Shown here piece by piece: positions 29,001 to 37,275 of a stretch of DNA of 64,000 nt. How positions within the stretch are numbered: the stretch's first letter is position 1; each line of letters opens with the position of its first letter. Where the stretch lies: contig OY761158.1 of assembly GCA_963664405.1 (NCBI GenBank), forward strand, positions 6,020,556 to 6,084,555, read 5' to 3'. The stretch comes from Thermoanaerobaculia bacterium (GTDB lineage Bacteria > Acidobacteriota > Thermoanaerobaculia > Multivoradales > Multivoraceae). Under the pieces are notes generated by a model that saw only the letters and a list, made by a program, of their open reading frames with translations, had not been told where the DNA came from and did no database searches. The position numbers and the translations under genes are program-made.

Positions 29001-29433
29001 AAGCTTTGATGCCCGCCCCTCTCGCTGCCTTGTAGAAGCGGGGAGCGCCGTAAACGCCGTTACGGTCAACAAGTGCAACTGCCGGGATTTCCAGCTCAGC
29101 AGCTCGCGCTACGAGGTCTTCGGGGAGGGAGGCGCCGCCGAGGAAAGAGAAGGCGGAGACACAGTGAAGCTCGGCATAGCGTTGTCGAGTCGCTTTAGGA
29201 AGGCGATAACTCCTTTGGCGCAGCTTTTCCTTCCGTGCCCCGGGGGATAGGTAGTTCTTGCGATCGAGCCACGTACCGATGTCCTGGTCTGGCGCCTTGG
29301 CGAGGACCGGCGGATTGAGCACGCTTTCGTTGGTAGGAGGTGCAATAGGTGTCGGCGGCTTGCGGTACATGAGGGGGAACGAGGATAGGCGTAAATAAGG
29401 CGTAATGTCAACGTCGAGCTCACGCCCAAGCAC
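26026..29433 (-). CDS. dnaE2: Error-prone DNA polymerase DnaE2 (ImuC-like). The true start may be internal to the ORF
   Basis: PHP domain (YAELHCVSAFSFLGGAS) and pol III alpha catalytic core. Length about 1100 aa, typical of DnaE2. No imuA/imuB is present upstream: an IS66 element sits there instead. Confidence 0.85.
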   Translation of the reverse strand: MLGRELDVDITPYLRLSSFPLMYRKPPTPIAPPTNESVLNPPVLAKAPDQDIGTWLDRKNYLSPGARKEKLRQRSYRLPKATRQRYAELHCVSAFSFLGGASLPEDLVARAAELEIPAVALVDRNGVYGAPRFYKAARGAGIKALVGSEVVVEDESGEPRLTLLVANDEGYKNLCKLITASALNHPKGEARVTWESLHDHVGGLYCITGGEEGLLASALRHRGISGARTLLQRLTDLFTDRLSIEVQRHSLRVEEERNKALVDLAHSLRLPLLATNGVRYAQESDKNLFDILTCLRHHTKLDEAGALLHLERQRHFKGAASMAELFRDCPEAVEHSLELAHDLDFTLADLGYRFPNYPLPAGETPGSYLRQITWNGARARFRPLTAKAQAQIEKELTMIEKLELEGYFLIVWDIVRFCQRNRIMAQGRGSAANSAVCYALSITAVDPVKMELLFERFLSEERGEWPDIDLDLPSGDPREKVIQYVYQRYGVHGSAMTANVITYRDRMAAREVSKVLGYSEAQVDRLSKQLGSWRYDIHRGDSKDMSEELKSAGFDPGDSRIRLFSEMWHAIQNLPRHLGQHSGGMVIAAGRLDEVVPLEPASMEGRVVVQWDKDDCADLGIIKVDLLGLGMLNALEEAVPMIRQCEGVKVDYAQLPADDPKIYRLLRQADTVGLFQVESRAQMASLPRNDPRRFYDLVIQIAIIRPGPIVGKMAHPYFERRMGREEVRYPHPSLEPILRRTLGVPIFQEQILKIAMVAAGFSGGEAEELRRAMGFKRSMERMEKIENRLRVGMTERGITGKAQDEVVQQITSFALYGFPESHSASFALIAYASAFLKVYHPTAFYVSLLNAWPMGFYHPATLIKDAQRRGVEARPIDVNLSGWKCTWEPNVNGTESGGRQRQAKGALRLGLRFIKGLRKVAGQTIEKERHRAPFDNPEDLARRCGLRENELVALAHAGAMASLQLTRRKALWQVARVSRATGPLFDDSADRSPSPLPEMSKLEETVADFVTTDVTVGPHPMEYWRKSLDQKGIRSAASLDKLPANLQVRTAGSVIVRQRPGTAKGLLFVTVEDETGMVQAMVSPQLLQKYRKTIVGSSALIIEGLLQKRDGSLSIRADRLWPLESLAEIPSHDFR

Positions 29434-29587
29434 CGAGTCTCGGCGTTCTCGTTCACAGTGCCACCCTCCTTGCTATCTAGAGCTCTCCGTCAGAAGATCG
29501 GTGATTCTTGTAAGAGGGTGGAACGTAAGAGCTCGCCGTGGCACGTCTTGACGACGGTGCCGAGCTGGGCAAGGGGCCCGCGGACGA

Positions 29588-31084
29588 TCAGATCCGATCG
29601 GGGAAGGTGGCGGTGCCGGGATTTTGAAGCGCCCGTTGTGCAGCGACGCGAAGGTAGTGATCTGGCGCGACGCCATGCAGCCGCGCAGTCTCGCAGAGCG
29701 AGTAGAGAATGGCTCCGACCTCGCATCCTCGGCGAGATCGAAACTGTAGATAGTTCTTTCGGCCGACGACGGGTCCTCGCAGCGCGTTCTCGGCACGGTT
29801 GTTGTCCAGCGGTAGCCGTGCATCCTCGAGGAAGCGAGTCAGCCCCTCCCAGCGAGCCAGGATGTACTTGACCGCCTTGATGAAGTCGCTGCGCGGAAGC
29901 CCCGTTTGCGACAGCGCCCAAGCCTTGATCGCCGCAATCACCTTCGATGAGCGCTTCACTCGAGCCTCCGCCCGGCGCAGCAGAGTGTCCGCCGGTTCAA
30001 GATCCAAGGCGTCGATCTCGCGCTCGATCTCGTAGAGCTCTCCGATCAACTTCAAGATCTGGGCGCACTCCCGCGGCCGATGCTTCTGCGCATCGCGGAA
30101 TTTGCGCAAACTGTGAGCCCAACAATTCGCCAGACGCAGGGGCCCGGCCCGGGAAAGCTGCTCGTACACTGGGTAGCCGTCCGCGATCACGATTCCGTCG
30201 TAAGCGCCGAGGATCTCCTCGCCCGCAGCGAAGCTCTTGCGCCCCAGCGTGTACCAGGCATGCTGATTCGTGCTGAGCACCCAGAGAGTTTCTCGTCTCG
30301 AGTGCTTGCCCTGCGTCAGCAGGAAGCCCGTCTCGTCGGCATGGAGGAAGTCAGATCCCAGGATCTGCTCCTTGAGCGCTGCATAGGTCGGTCGCAGCAC
30401 CTCGGCTAGGGCTTGCTCCTGGTCCCACAGCGTCTGCTTCGTCACTCGTAGACCGCTGCGGCTGAGCTCCTTGACCTGGCGATGCAGAGGCATGTGATCG
30501 ACGATCTTCGACGTCGCCACCGAGACCGCAAACTCCAGCGAGTACCGACCGCCGGGCACCAGCCGCGGATGCGGATTCGGCGCCGTCCCAACTGCGCTGT
30601 TGCAAGCGCAACGGTACTTCTGGCGCCGATGCACCAGACGCACCACGCGCTTCATCTCGATCGTGATCTCTTCGGAGTCTTGTGTCTCGACGCCCAAGGG
30701 CTGAAGCGTCGGGTCTCCACAGGCCGGACACGTCCGCTCGCCCTCTCCCAGCACGTGCTCCAGGACGACCACCGGTAGGTCCGGTTGCGGCGTCGGCCCG
30801 TGGCCGCGCTGCTTGCGCGGTCGCGCTTCCGAGTCGGGGAGCTCCCGGGCCTGGCGCTGGATCTCGAGCTTGCCAAGACCCAGAAGCAACTCGAGCTCGG
30901 CCTGATCGGCGTCCTCGCCGCGCAGGCTCGCATTCTCTCGCTTCAGCTGGCGGACCAGGTCCAGCAGACGGTCGTTTTCCGTGCTCAGAAGCGAATAGTG
31001 CGCGAGTACGACGTCGAGAGAGGCGATCGTTTCGGGCACCTGCATCGGATGCCCCTTTCTCTCATGCCGGTGAGCGAATCGCAA
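29588..31084 (-). CDS. IS66-family transposase TnpC
   Basis: Zinc-finger CPACG...CxC region and DDE core. 498 aa. Confidence 0.9.
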   Translation of the reverse strand: MRFAHRHERKGHPMQVPETIASLDVVLAHYSLLSTENDRLLDLVRQLKRENASLRGEDADQAELELLLGLGKLEIQRQARELPDSEARPRKQRGHGPTPQPDLPVVVLEHVLGEGERTCPACGDPTLQPLGVETQDSEEITIEMKRVVRLVHRRQKYRCACNSAVGTAPNPHPRLVPGGRYSLEFAVSVATSKIVDHMPLHRQVKELSRSGLRVTKQTLWDQEQALAEVLRPTYAALKEQILGSDFLHADETGFLLTQGKHSRRETLWVLSTNQHAWYTLGRKSFAAGEEILGAYDGIVIADGYPVYEQLSRAGPLRLANCWAHSLRKFRDAQKHRPRECAQILKLIGELYEIEREIDALDLEPADTLLRRAEARVKRSSKVIAAIKAWALSQTGLPRSDFIKAVKYILARWEGLTRFLEDARLPLDNNRAENALRGPVVGRKNYLQFRSRRGCEVGAILYSLCETARLHGVAPDHYLRVAAQRALQNPGTATFPDRI

Positions 31085-31442
31085 GCTCTTTTTTGTCTAG
31101 ATTCTCAGGAACAAGTCGTTTTCTACCAACGGCTTGGCTTCCTTCGAGAAACAGCCCAAGCTCAGCCCGAGACAGACGCAGTACGGGACCTCTTCGATCC
31201 CGCCAGAGGCACGCAAATCGGCCCTTCTCCAGACGTTTTGCCAGCAGACAAAGGCCCGATCCATCGAAGACCAACACCTTCGCCCGCACACGGTTGCGAG
31301 CTACGAAGAGGAAGAGATCTCCCGACAAGACGTTTTGATCGAGATCCTGCTCCACCAGAGCCGCCAGGCTGTCGTACCCCTTGCGCATGTCCACCGGGCC
31401 CGCGTACGCGAAGACCTGCCGGCCGGGAAGCAACTCCATCAT
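31062..31442 (-). CDS. IS66 accessory protein TnpB (Orf2)
   Basis: 126 aa with the conserved GPVDMRKGYDSLAALV motif. Confidence 0.85.
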   Translation of the reverse strand: MMELLPGRQVFAYAGPVDMRKGYDSLAALVEQDLDQNVLSGDLFLFVARNRVRAKVLVFDGSGLCLLAKRLEKGRFACLWRDRRGPVLRLSRAELGLFLEGSQAVGRKRLVPENLDKKELAIRSPA

Positions 31443-31771
31443 CCGAGGCGACTCACATACTCGATCGCCTGGTCCGCGCTCAGGCCCTCGACCCGGTAGC
31501 CACTCGGACTCACCAAAGTCACCTCCGACGCGGCCGGCACGGCCTCGACACGCACGAAGCCCGAGTCTCGACTACGCCAGCGCTCGAGAGTCGTCTTGCC
31601 CACTCCCAACTCCTCGGCGATCGCCGACACCCGAGCACCCTCCCGTCGGCGCAACTCGAAGTAGCTCATTGCCTCCAACCGCTGCTCTTCTGTGAACCGA
31701 CGACGGCCCGAAACCTTACCCACATTTCCCTGCCGTACCGACTCCCGAAACTGAGCTGCTTGTCCAGCCAT
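31439..31771 (-). CDS. IS66 accessory protein TnpA (Orf1; HTH plus leucine zipper)
   Basis: 110 aa. Overlaps tnpB by 4 bp (ATGA), as is typical of IS66. Confidence 0.8.
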   Translation of the reverse strand: MAGQAAQFRESVRQGNVGKVSGRRRFTEEQRLEAMSYFELRRREGARVSAIAEELGVGKTTLERWRSRDSGFVRVEAVPAASEVTLVSPSGYRVEGLSADQAIEYVSRLG

Positions 31772-31857
31772 CGTTGTCCCCTTCGAAACGACAACGACAA
31801 CACGGATCCTCGAACCAAGCTAGACGGGCTACGGCGAACTCTTACGGTGGAACCGCT

Positions 31858-31948
31858 CGCTTTACTCGAGCTCGTAGCTCTCGTCTAGCCCCGGCGAATA
31901 GATCGGCGGATTGCCGCGCCAGTGGCCCTGCAGAAAGCGGACCGATGA
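31858..31948. repeat. Degenerate duplicate (about 90 bp, 2 mismatches, one creating a stop) of the 3' end of the NIPSNAP-like gene. The second copy at 33395-33485 is the genuine gene tail
   Basis: Direct comparison of 31858-31948 with 33395-33485. Confidence 0.8.
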
Positions 31949-33027
31949 CTCCACCCTGGTGCACCCTGGAACGGTGCCACCCTCTTGGTCCAGGAGCTAC
32001 CTCCGAAAGCCAACTAACCCGTCGACCCCAGCCTCCTGCAAGGTGTTCGCCCCGGATCGCGTCCTCTACTTTCAGGAGGACCCAGGCACCAGTGCGAAGA
32101 CCCAGAGGATTAGTTGCAGATCGCCTCGTCGAAGTCACCACACGGACATCTCAGGGTCGCTACCTACTCAGCCCCTCCCCCGAAGTGAATCGGACCATAA
32201 AGGGTGTCATCGGCCGGGGCCAGAGACGGACCGGAATCGACATCTGTGGCCTCGCCTTCATGTCCAATCACGCCCACATGCTCCTCGTCCCGGAGAGCAC
32301 TGAACAGCTCAGCGAGTTCATGGGATTCGTGAACGGAAACATTGCTCGCAAGGTCGGCCCTCTCCAGGGCTGGCGGGGCAGGCTCTGGGAGCGGCGCTAC
32401 CAGCACATCATCATCTCCGACGAGCCCGAAGCTCAGATCGCTCGTCTGAAGTACCTCTTCTCCCAAGGCACCAAAGAGGGCTTGGTACGCCATCCCTTGG
32501 ATTGGCCCGGGGTTCATTCTGCCGGCGCGACCCGGCGAGGCTATCGAGAGATGACCGGTGGTGTTTGGCATGACCAGACCGCAGAAGGCAAGGCTCGAAG
32601 AGCCGGTAAAATACTGACGCCACAGGAGTTCCTCATCGAAGAGGTGATCCGGTTGAGTCACGTTCCGTGTCTGGAGGACTGGAGATGGGAGCCGAGGTTG
32701 GAGCTCATCGAGCAGCTCCTACACGAGTGCGAGCAGATGGGCCGCCAACTTCGGGAGGACACCGGCAGACCTCCGATGGGGGCGAAGAAGATCCTCATGC
32801 AGGTCCCCGACTTCCGGCCGAAAGAGCTGGATCGATCCCCAGCTCCAGCCTTTCACGCGGTTTCGAGAGAGGCCTTCCAGAAGCTCAGAAAAGAGCAGAG
32901 AGAGTTCGTGAGCCTCTACCGCGAGTCCGCGGAGAAGCTCAAAGAAGGGGGGCTCGAGGTGGCCTTTCCACCCGGATGTTTCCCACCCCACCTACCCTAC
33001 GTCCCCGAGGTGCGGGCAGGTCCGTAG
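31945..33027 (+). CDS. IS200/IS605-like HUH (Y1) transposase-like protein, long form. The N-terminus is uncertain or degenerate
   Basis: HxH motif (SNHAHMLLVPE) and catalytic-Tyr region (GRLWERRYQHII) of Transposase_17/Y1_Tnp. The canonical N-terminal YHV strand was not found in frame. Confidence 0.5.
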   Translation: MTPPWCTLERCHPLGPGATSESQLTRRPQPPARCSPRIASSTFRRTQAPVRRPRGLVADRLVEVTTRTSQGRYLLSPSPEVNRTIKGVIGRGQRRTGIDICGLAFMSNHAHMLLVPESTEQLSEFMGFVNGNIARKVGPLQGWRGRLWERRYQHIIISDEPEAQIARLKYLFSQGTKEGLVRHPLDWPGVHSAGATRRGYREMTGGVWHDQTAEGKARRAGKILTPQEFLIEEVIRLSHVPCLEDWRWEPRLELIEQLLHECEQMGRQLREDTGRPPMGAKKILMQVPDFRPKELDRSPAPAFHAVSREAFQKLRKEQREFVSLYRESAEKLKEGGLEVAFPPGCFPPHLPYVPEVRAGP

Positions 33028-33246
33028 CCGCCTAGTCTGACCGCAGTTGAAGAAACTCCCGCGGCTTCTTCTGATGGGCTGCTCGGTAGGGGTGTGCCTA
33101 GAAACGGGGTTTTGGGTGGCCTGGCGGCCACTCCGGTCCGTCATGGGGGTTGGGGCCTTAGAAGCGGCGAACTCGAGCCTTACTTTTCAACTTCATCGAG
33201 TCGAAAGACCTTCTGAGATGTGTCACGGTGGCCGTCAGGGGATATA

Positions 33247-33346
33247 GGTGGGAAAGAGGGTGACACTTTTCTGGGGATGGAGCTTTGCCTCAGCTAGGTG
33301 GGAAAGAGGGTGACACTTTTCTGGGGATGGAGCTTTGCCTCAGCTA
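33247..33346. repeat. Perfect 50-bp tandem duplication (AGGTGGGAAAGAGGGTGACACTTTTCTGGGGATGGAGCTTTGCCTCAGCT x2)
   Basis: Read directly. Two adjacent identical copies. Confidence 0.85.
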
Positions 33347-33396
33347 CTTCACCAACTGGCAACACCATCAACTCGATCAGCTGTTCGGGCGCCGCC

Positions 33397-34569
33397 TCAC
33401 TCGAGCTCGTAGCTCTCGTCCAGCCCCGGCGAATAGATCGGCGGATTGCCGCGCCAGTGGCCCTGCAGAAAGCGGACCGATGACTCCAGGGTGAGATCCC
33501 CCCGCCTTCGCAGTGCCTCGACGCAGGCGTCGTAGGCGGGGCCGTCACCGCCGAGCTTGACCATCACCGGCGGGCGCGTCGCCTGCCAGTGCTCGTAACT
33601 GACGTAGCGCACCATCATGTAGGCCTCGTCGTAGCTGGGGTCTTCGGCGGGCAGGTCGCTTCCACCGGTCGTCGGCGTATTCGCTTCCAGACCCTCGCTC
33701 TCACCCGGCAGCGGATAGACCCTCAGCCATTGACCGACGATGCGCGCTCCCATCTTCTCGAAGTAGGGCCACACTCCGTCTTCGCTCAGGCTGCGGACCT
33801 GTGCAAAGGTCCCCTTCTTGATCCTGAAACGCCGCAGGGTGACGATTTCTTGGCCCGGCTTGTAGCGACCGTGGCGCACCGGATGCACCGAGGACTCTCC
33901 CTCGACCTTTCGATAGCTCTCGTCGAGAGGGGGAAAGTAGTAGGGCACATTGGGCGCCATCGCTCCCTCCAGGTAGATCGGCCCGTCGGAGCCAGTGGTC
34001 ACACTGCGTCGTATGGCCGCGGCCTCGCGCATCGCATCCCAGTCTGGGCCGTTGCCACCAAGCTCGGCACCACGTCGCGTCGCAGCCCAGTGGTTGAAAC
34101 TGCGGTATCGCGCTATCCGATAGCCCTCGTCGTCACCGGCCGGCTTGCCACCCTGCGGGTAGACCACTTGCCACTGACCGACGTTGCGATTTCCGAGCTT
34201 CTCGTAAAACGGCCACACTCCGTCTTGCGACGCTCTCAGGTAGGTGTCGTGCGTTCCCGGCTTCAGTTGCTGGTGACGAAGAACCAGAAACTCGGTCCCA
34301 GCCTGGGATGTGCCATGGCGAACCGGGACGGGCTCCTGCGCTGTGACGTCGGAGGACATGGTTGCGAACCCGAGAAGAACACAGATCCACCCACGAACTA
34401 GTCTTTTATCGCGCGACACTCTCACCTCCCCAGCGTTTGACCGAAGAATGTTACCTTGCCGGGGAAAACGACGCGACTTACGCGGCTCGTGAGCCGGCCC
34501 GTACCCTAGCTTCCCATCGATCGATTGGAGCCCAGAGGCCGGGACAGGGCTCGAGCACGGTTGCCGCAC
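33397..34569 (-). CDS. Secreted protein with two NIPSNAP-like domains
   Basis: Internal duplication (HGTSQAGTEFLVL...DGVWPFYEKLGNRNVGQWQVVYP and HGRYKPGQEIVTL...DGVWPYFEKMGARIVGQWLRVYP). The signal-like segment is LVRGWICVLLGFATMSSDVTA. Confidence 0.55.
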   Translation of the reverse strand: MRQPCSSPVPASGLQSIDGKLGYGPAHEPRKSRRFPRQGNILRSNAGEVRVSRDKRLVRGWICVLLGFATMSSDVTAQEPVPVRHGTSQAGTEFLVLRHQQLKPGTHDTYLRASQDGVWPFYEKLGNRNVGQWQVVYPQGGKPAGDDEGYRIARYRSFNHWAATRRGAELGGNGPDWDAMREAAAIRRSVTTGSDGPIYLEGAMAPNVPYYFPPLDESYRKVEGESSVHPVRHGRYKPGQEIVTLRRFRIKKGTFAQVRSLSEDGVWPYFEKMGARIVGQWLRVYPLPGESEGLEANTPTTGGSDLPAEDPSYDEAYMMVRYVSYEHWQATRPPVMVKLGGDGPAYDACVEALRRRGDLTLESSVRFLQGHWRGNPPIYSPGLDESYELE

Positions 34570-35021
34570 CTCCGCGGAGGCGCGCCAGGAGGAAGGGAAT
34601 CACTCGCATCTCGCATCCCGGGATGCCGATCACGGCGGCCAGCAGGTGGCAGAGGCCCATATGGAGATGCACCGTGAGGGTCAAGAGAAGGGCGTAGGTC
34701 GCCACTGTGGGGTCCCCAGAAGGCTCCGCTCTGTAGCCACTGAATCCCGGATAGGCCGAACCCCACGACCAGCGCGACCCCGGCCGGGGCGTTGCCCACC
34801 GGGAGCACCCGATGCAGGCCGAGCCGAATATTGAACGAAACCAGGTAGAACGCAAGGGCAACGAAGACCCAGAGACCCGTGCTCCAAGTGGCTTCTCTCA
34901 GCCCAGAGAAGTGGGCGATGATGGAGACGACGCCCTGGATCTGGAACAAACCGACGAGAAGCTTGCCGATGCGTCCAACAATCGATGCCGGAGGCATGCC
35001 CTCGGCCGTCACCGTCGCCAC
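34506..35021 (-). CDS. Hypothetical polytopic membrane protein, probably frameshifted around 34712-34740. A downstream frame, 34478-34861, continues the hydrophobic sequence
   Basis: Hydrophobic in the first ~100 codons of one frame, then Pro/Arg-rich nonsense, while the overlapping frame becomes hydrophobic. The family was not established. Confidence 0.3.
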   Translation of the reverse strand: MATVTAEGMPPASIVGRIGKLLVGLFQIQGVVSIIAHFSGLREATWSTGLWVFVALAFYLVSFNIRLGLHRVLPVGNAPAGVALVVGFGLSGIQWLQSGAFWGPHSGDLRPSLDPHGASPYGPLPPAGRRDRHPGMRDASDSLPPGAPPRRCGNRARALSRPLGSNRSMGS

Positions 35022-35031
35022 ACCACATCCC

Positions 35032-36114
35032 CTAGCGCGCTGCCACCCTGACTTCGAAGTTAGCGCTGAAGCTCGCCAGCACCTCTTCGCGGGACTTCTG
35101 GCCGACGAGCTTCTCGAGCAGGCGTCCTTGGGCGTCGAGGAAGAAGTAAACCGGCACGAGATGACTCTCTACCAGGTCCGCCAGACTCGGATCGTTGAAC
35201 CCCCAGATCTCGAACCTCGGCTCGAGCTCGGGCAGCCAGGCGTTCAGATCCTCGATGGATCCGCTGTTGATGTAGACACCGACCACGTTGATGCCCCTCG
35301 GACCGTAGGAGTCGGCAAGATGGTTGAGGATCGGTAGCGAGTCGAGAGAGTGACGGCAGTGAACGGCCAGGAAGACGAGGAGCGTCTCGGAGCCTCGAAG
35401 GCCGCTGAGACTGACTTCCTCGCCGGCCACGCTGTGGGCGGCGAACTCCGGCAGAATGAAGTTCTCGAAACGCTGGCCATCCTCGGCCTTCTCGGTCACA
35501 TACATGTCGAGGATCTCTCCGGTGGCTCCCGAGAGGTCGCCGTAGATGGAGCACGCTTCATACTGTGCACAGCGGCTACCTGCGAGCAGATCGCCGAGGG
35601 CGCCCATCTCTTCCAGTTTGTCCATGACCGCATTGGTGAGCACGGCGCGATGATCCTCTGCGACCCTGACTGCGGTCGCTTCGAACACTTCGCTGTCTTC
35701 GAAGGCCGGGCTGCCGGTCTGAATAATGCGCTTGGCCATCCAATCCGCCACCCGATCGAGCTCCTCTGAGGAGAGATCGCCTCTCGAGGTCGCCGGGGTG
35801 CCCTCGCCCTGGAGTTGGGTTGGGTAGCCCACCTTGTTCACCACATCGACCAAGTGCTGCGCGCTGACAGTCTTGGCCTGGATTCGCGCGATCGCTTCGT
35901 TCTTCGTGCGATCCACCGAGATCACCTCGACCCCGTCGACTCCCGCCAAGGCTCCCTTGACTTGAAGCTGACACATGGAGCTCGACATTCCCCGCACCTC
36001 GAGCACTACGGTCTCTAGATCCGCCTCCGCCGCGGACCAGATTGGAATTAGCGCGAGCAAGGTTGCCAGGAGTAGCAGTCGACCAAGAAATCTGTTGCTG
36101 GTAAATAGCGTCAT
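35032..36114 (-). CDS. Exported fusion of an HMA-like domain (motif GMSSSMC, i.e. SxxC) and a TlpA/redoxin-like thioredoxin-fold domain (active site CRHS, i.e. CxxS)
   Basis: Signal peptide MTLFTSNRFLGRLLLLATLLALIPIWSAAEA. HMA pattern VVLEVRGMSSSMCQLQVKGALAGVDGVEVISVD. Redoxin pattern LLVFLAVHCRHS. Confidence 0.6.
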   Translation of the reverse strand: MTLFTSNRFLGRLLLLATLLALIPIWSAAEADLETVVLEVRGMSSSMCQLQVKGALAGVDGVEVISVDRTKNEAIARIQAKTVSAQHLVDVVNKVGYPTQLQGEGTPATSRGDLSSEELDRVADWMAKRIIQTGSPAFEDSEVFEATAVRVAEDHRAVLTNAVMDKLEEMGALGDLLAGSRCAQYEACSIYGDLSGATGEILDMYVTEKAEDGQRFENFILPEFAAHSVAGEEVSLSGLRGSETLLVFLAVHCRHSLDSLPILNHLADSYGPRGINVVGVYINSGSIEDLNAWLPELEPRFEIWGFNDPSLADLVESHLVPVYFFLDAQGRLLEKLVGQKSREEVLASFSANFEVRVAAR

Positions 36115-36127
36115 CGTTCTCTCCTTG

Positions 36128-36442
36128 CTAGCTTTGCTTGAGAAGGGTCGACAGGACCTTGGTGACTCGGTCCAGTCGCTCGTCAGCATCACCGGTCATG
36201 CAGGTCTGGACGCACGACTTGAGCTCGTGATCGATCAGCACAGCACTGAACTTATTGAGCGCCGCCTTCAGCGCGGCGACCTGGAGCAGGATCTCGTCAG
36301 CGCACCTCTCCTCCTCGACCATGCGCTGCACCGCTCCAACGTGTCCCTGGAGCCGTGCCAAGCGATTCGAGAGCGCCTTCTTGGAGGCGGCGTCGAGGTA
36401 GCCGGTCCCTGCTTTAGCCGCGGCCAGCTCTGCTGTTGTCAT
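36128..36442 (-). CDS. csoR: CsoR/RcnR-family metal-sensing transcriptional repressor
   Basis: 104 aa. Conserved metal ligands are present (Cys in EERCADE, His in IDHELKSC, Cys in CVQTCMTGDA), and the overall DUF156 pattern is there. Confidence 0.85.
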   Translation of the reverse strand: MTTAELAAAKAGTGYLDAASKKALSNRLARLQGHVGAVQRMVEEERCADEILLQVAALKAALNKFSAVLIDHELKSCVQTCMTGDADERLDRVTKVLSTLLKQS

Positions 36443-36469
36443 GATCGGTTCTCCAGAGTAGTAGATGGA

Positions 36470-37273
36470 TCAAGGCTGGTCTAGGTGGTCGAGCTCGCGG
36501 GCAAGCTCTTTCGCCTCGATGAAGCCTACGTGGCGAAAGAGCTCTTCGCCCTTGGGCGCCAGGACGACGATTGTGGGCAGGCCGAGTGCTTCGTAGTAGT
36601 TGGCCGCGACAGGATGTTCGTCGGTGTCGATTCGAAGGAACACATTTCGTCCCAGGAACTCTTGAATCCCCACCTCGGAGATGGTTCGCTCTTCGAGCAC
36701 TTTGCACGGGGCACACCACTCGGCCCAGAAGTCGAGAAAAAGGAGCTTTCCTTCGCGCTCTGCGGTGGCCAGCGCGACGGATATCGGCGGCGGAACCGGG
36801 CCGCTTCTCTGTTTCGCCTGCGCACTGTCTCCAGACGGAACGATCTCGGGCTCGAAGTCGAGCTCCGTGATTGCTTCCAGCATCTCAGTGGGTGCCACCT
36901 CGCCCGGGTCGTATCCCACCGTGAAGAGATCGGTGTCCAGATCGACTCGGACTGCTTCGACTCCTGCGAGCCCTTCCAGGGCCGCTTCCACGCTGTCGGG
37001 TCAGCCCATTCACGTGGCGCCGCTGCGACTCTTCATCATGCCCCGCACGACGATGCGAACGGTCTCGCTCGAATCCTCTGGGCTCCCGCCGCGCCGGATG
37101 GGAATGTCGAGGACGATTCTGCCGCCGAGATCCTCCTGGGCGGCGGCCGTTTCCCGGTGGTCGACTGCGAGGAGTAGGAAGGCCACGACCGTGGCCGCGA
37201 CTAAGGGCTTGTAGCGATACTGCACGGATCGGCTCGTCTTCTTTTCCGCTATCTCCAAGAAGGCTCCCCACAT
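36470..37273 (-). CDS. Candidate selenoprotein: a membrane-anchored HMA-domain/thioredoxin fusion. The HMA metal-binding motif is T-U-M-G-U, with two in-frame TGA codons at plus-strand 37010-37012 and 37001-37003. The thioredoxin active site is WCAPC
   Basis: ORFs 37010-37273 (TM helix plus ...VRIVVRGMMKSRSGAT) and 36470-36991 (PDSVEAALEGLAGVEAVRVDL...WCAPC) are in the same frame, separated only by TGA-ATG-GGC-TGA. Aligning to the HMA consensus GMTCxxCxxxVExALxxxxGV puts both TGAs exactly on the two Cys. A SECIS-like bulged stem-loop follows. Confidence 0.55.
36966..36985 (-). promoter_or_regulatory. Candidate bacterial SECIS-like stem-loop: mRNA GCGGCCC-UGGAA-GGGC(U)CGC, a 7-bp stem with a bulged U and a GG-containing loop. 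It starts 15 nt after the second UGA
   Basis: Folded by eye from the minus-strand transcript. The spacing and the bulged-U plus G-rich-loop features resemble the fdhF-type SECIS. Confidence 0.35.
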
Positions 37274-37275
37274 AA

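Larger units (their letters stand above)
29525..31845 (-). mobile_element. IS66-family insertion sequence (tnpA-tnpB-tnpC) flanked by an 8-bp target-site duplication GGTGGAAC (29517-29524 and 31846-31853)
   Basis: Terminal inverted repeats GTAAGAGCTCGCCGTGGCACGTCT (left) versus the reverse complement of the right end GTAAGAGTTCGCCGTAGCCCGTCT. The identical 8-bp direct repeats sit immediately outside. 2321 bp. Confidence 0.9.

Noticed and set aside
29440-29500. GTTCTCGTTCAC near dnaE2 as a LexA box
   Set aside because: The direct repeat GTTC-nn-GTTC does not match the spacing of known LexA box classes (e.g. GTTC-N7-GTTC). It was not called as a regulatory site.
36991-37012. The two in-frame TGAs as ordinary pseudogene stops separating two genes
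   Set aside because: Considered but disfavoured. The stops fall exactly on both Cys positions of the HMA motif, and the two ORFs share one frame. Neither ORF alone encodes a complete HMA fold, and a bulged stem-loop follows. This interpretation remains possible until the Sec machinery is confirmed in the genome.
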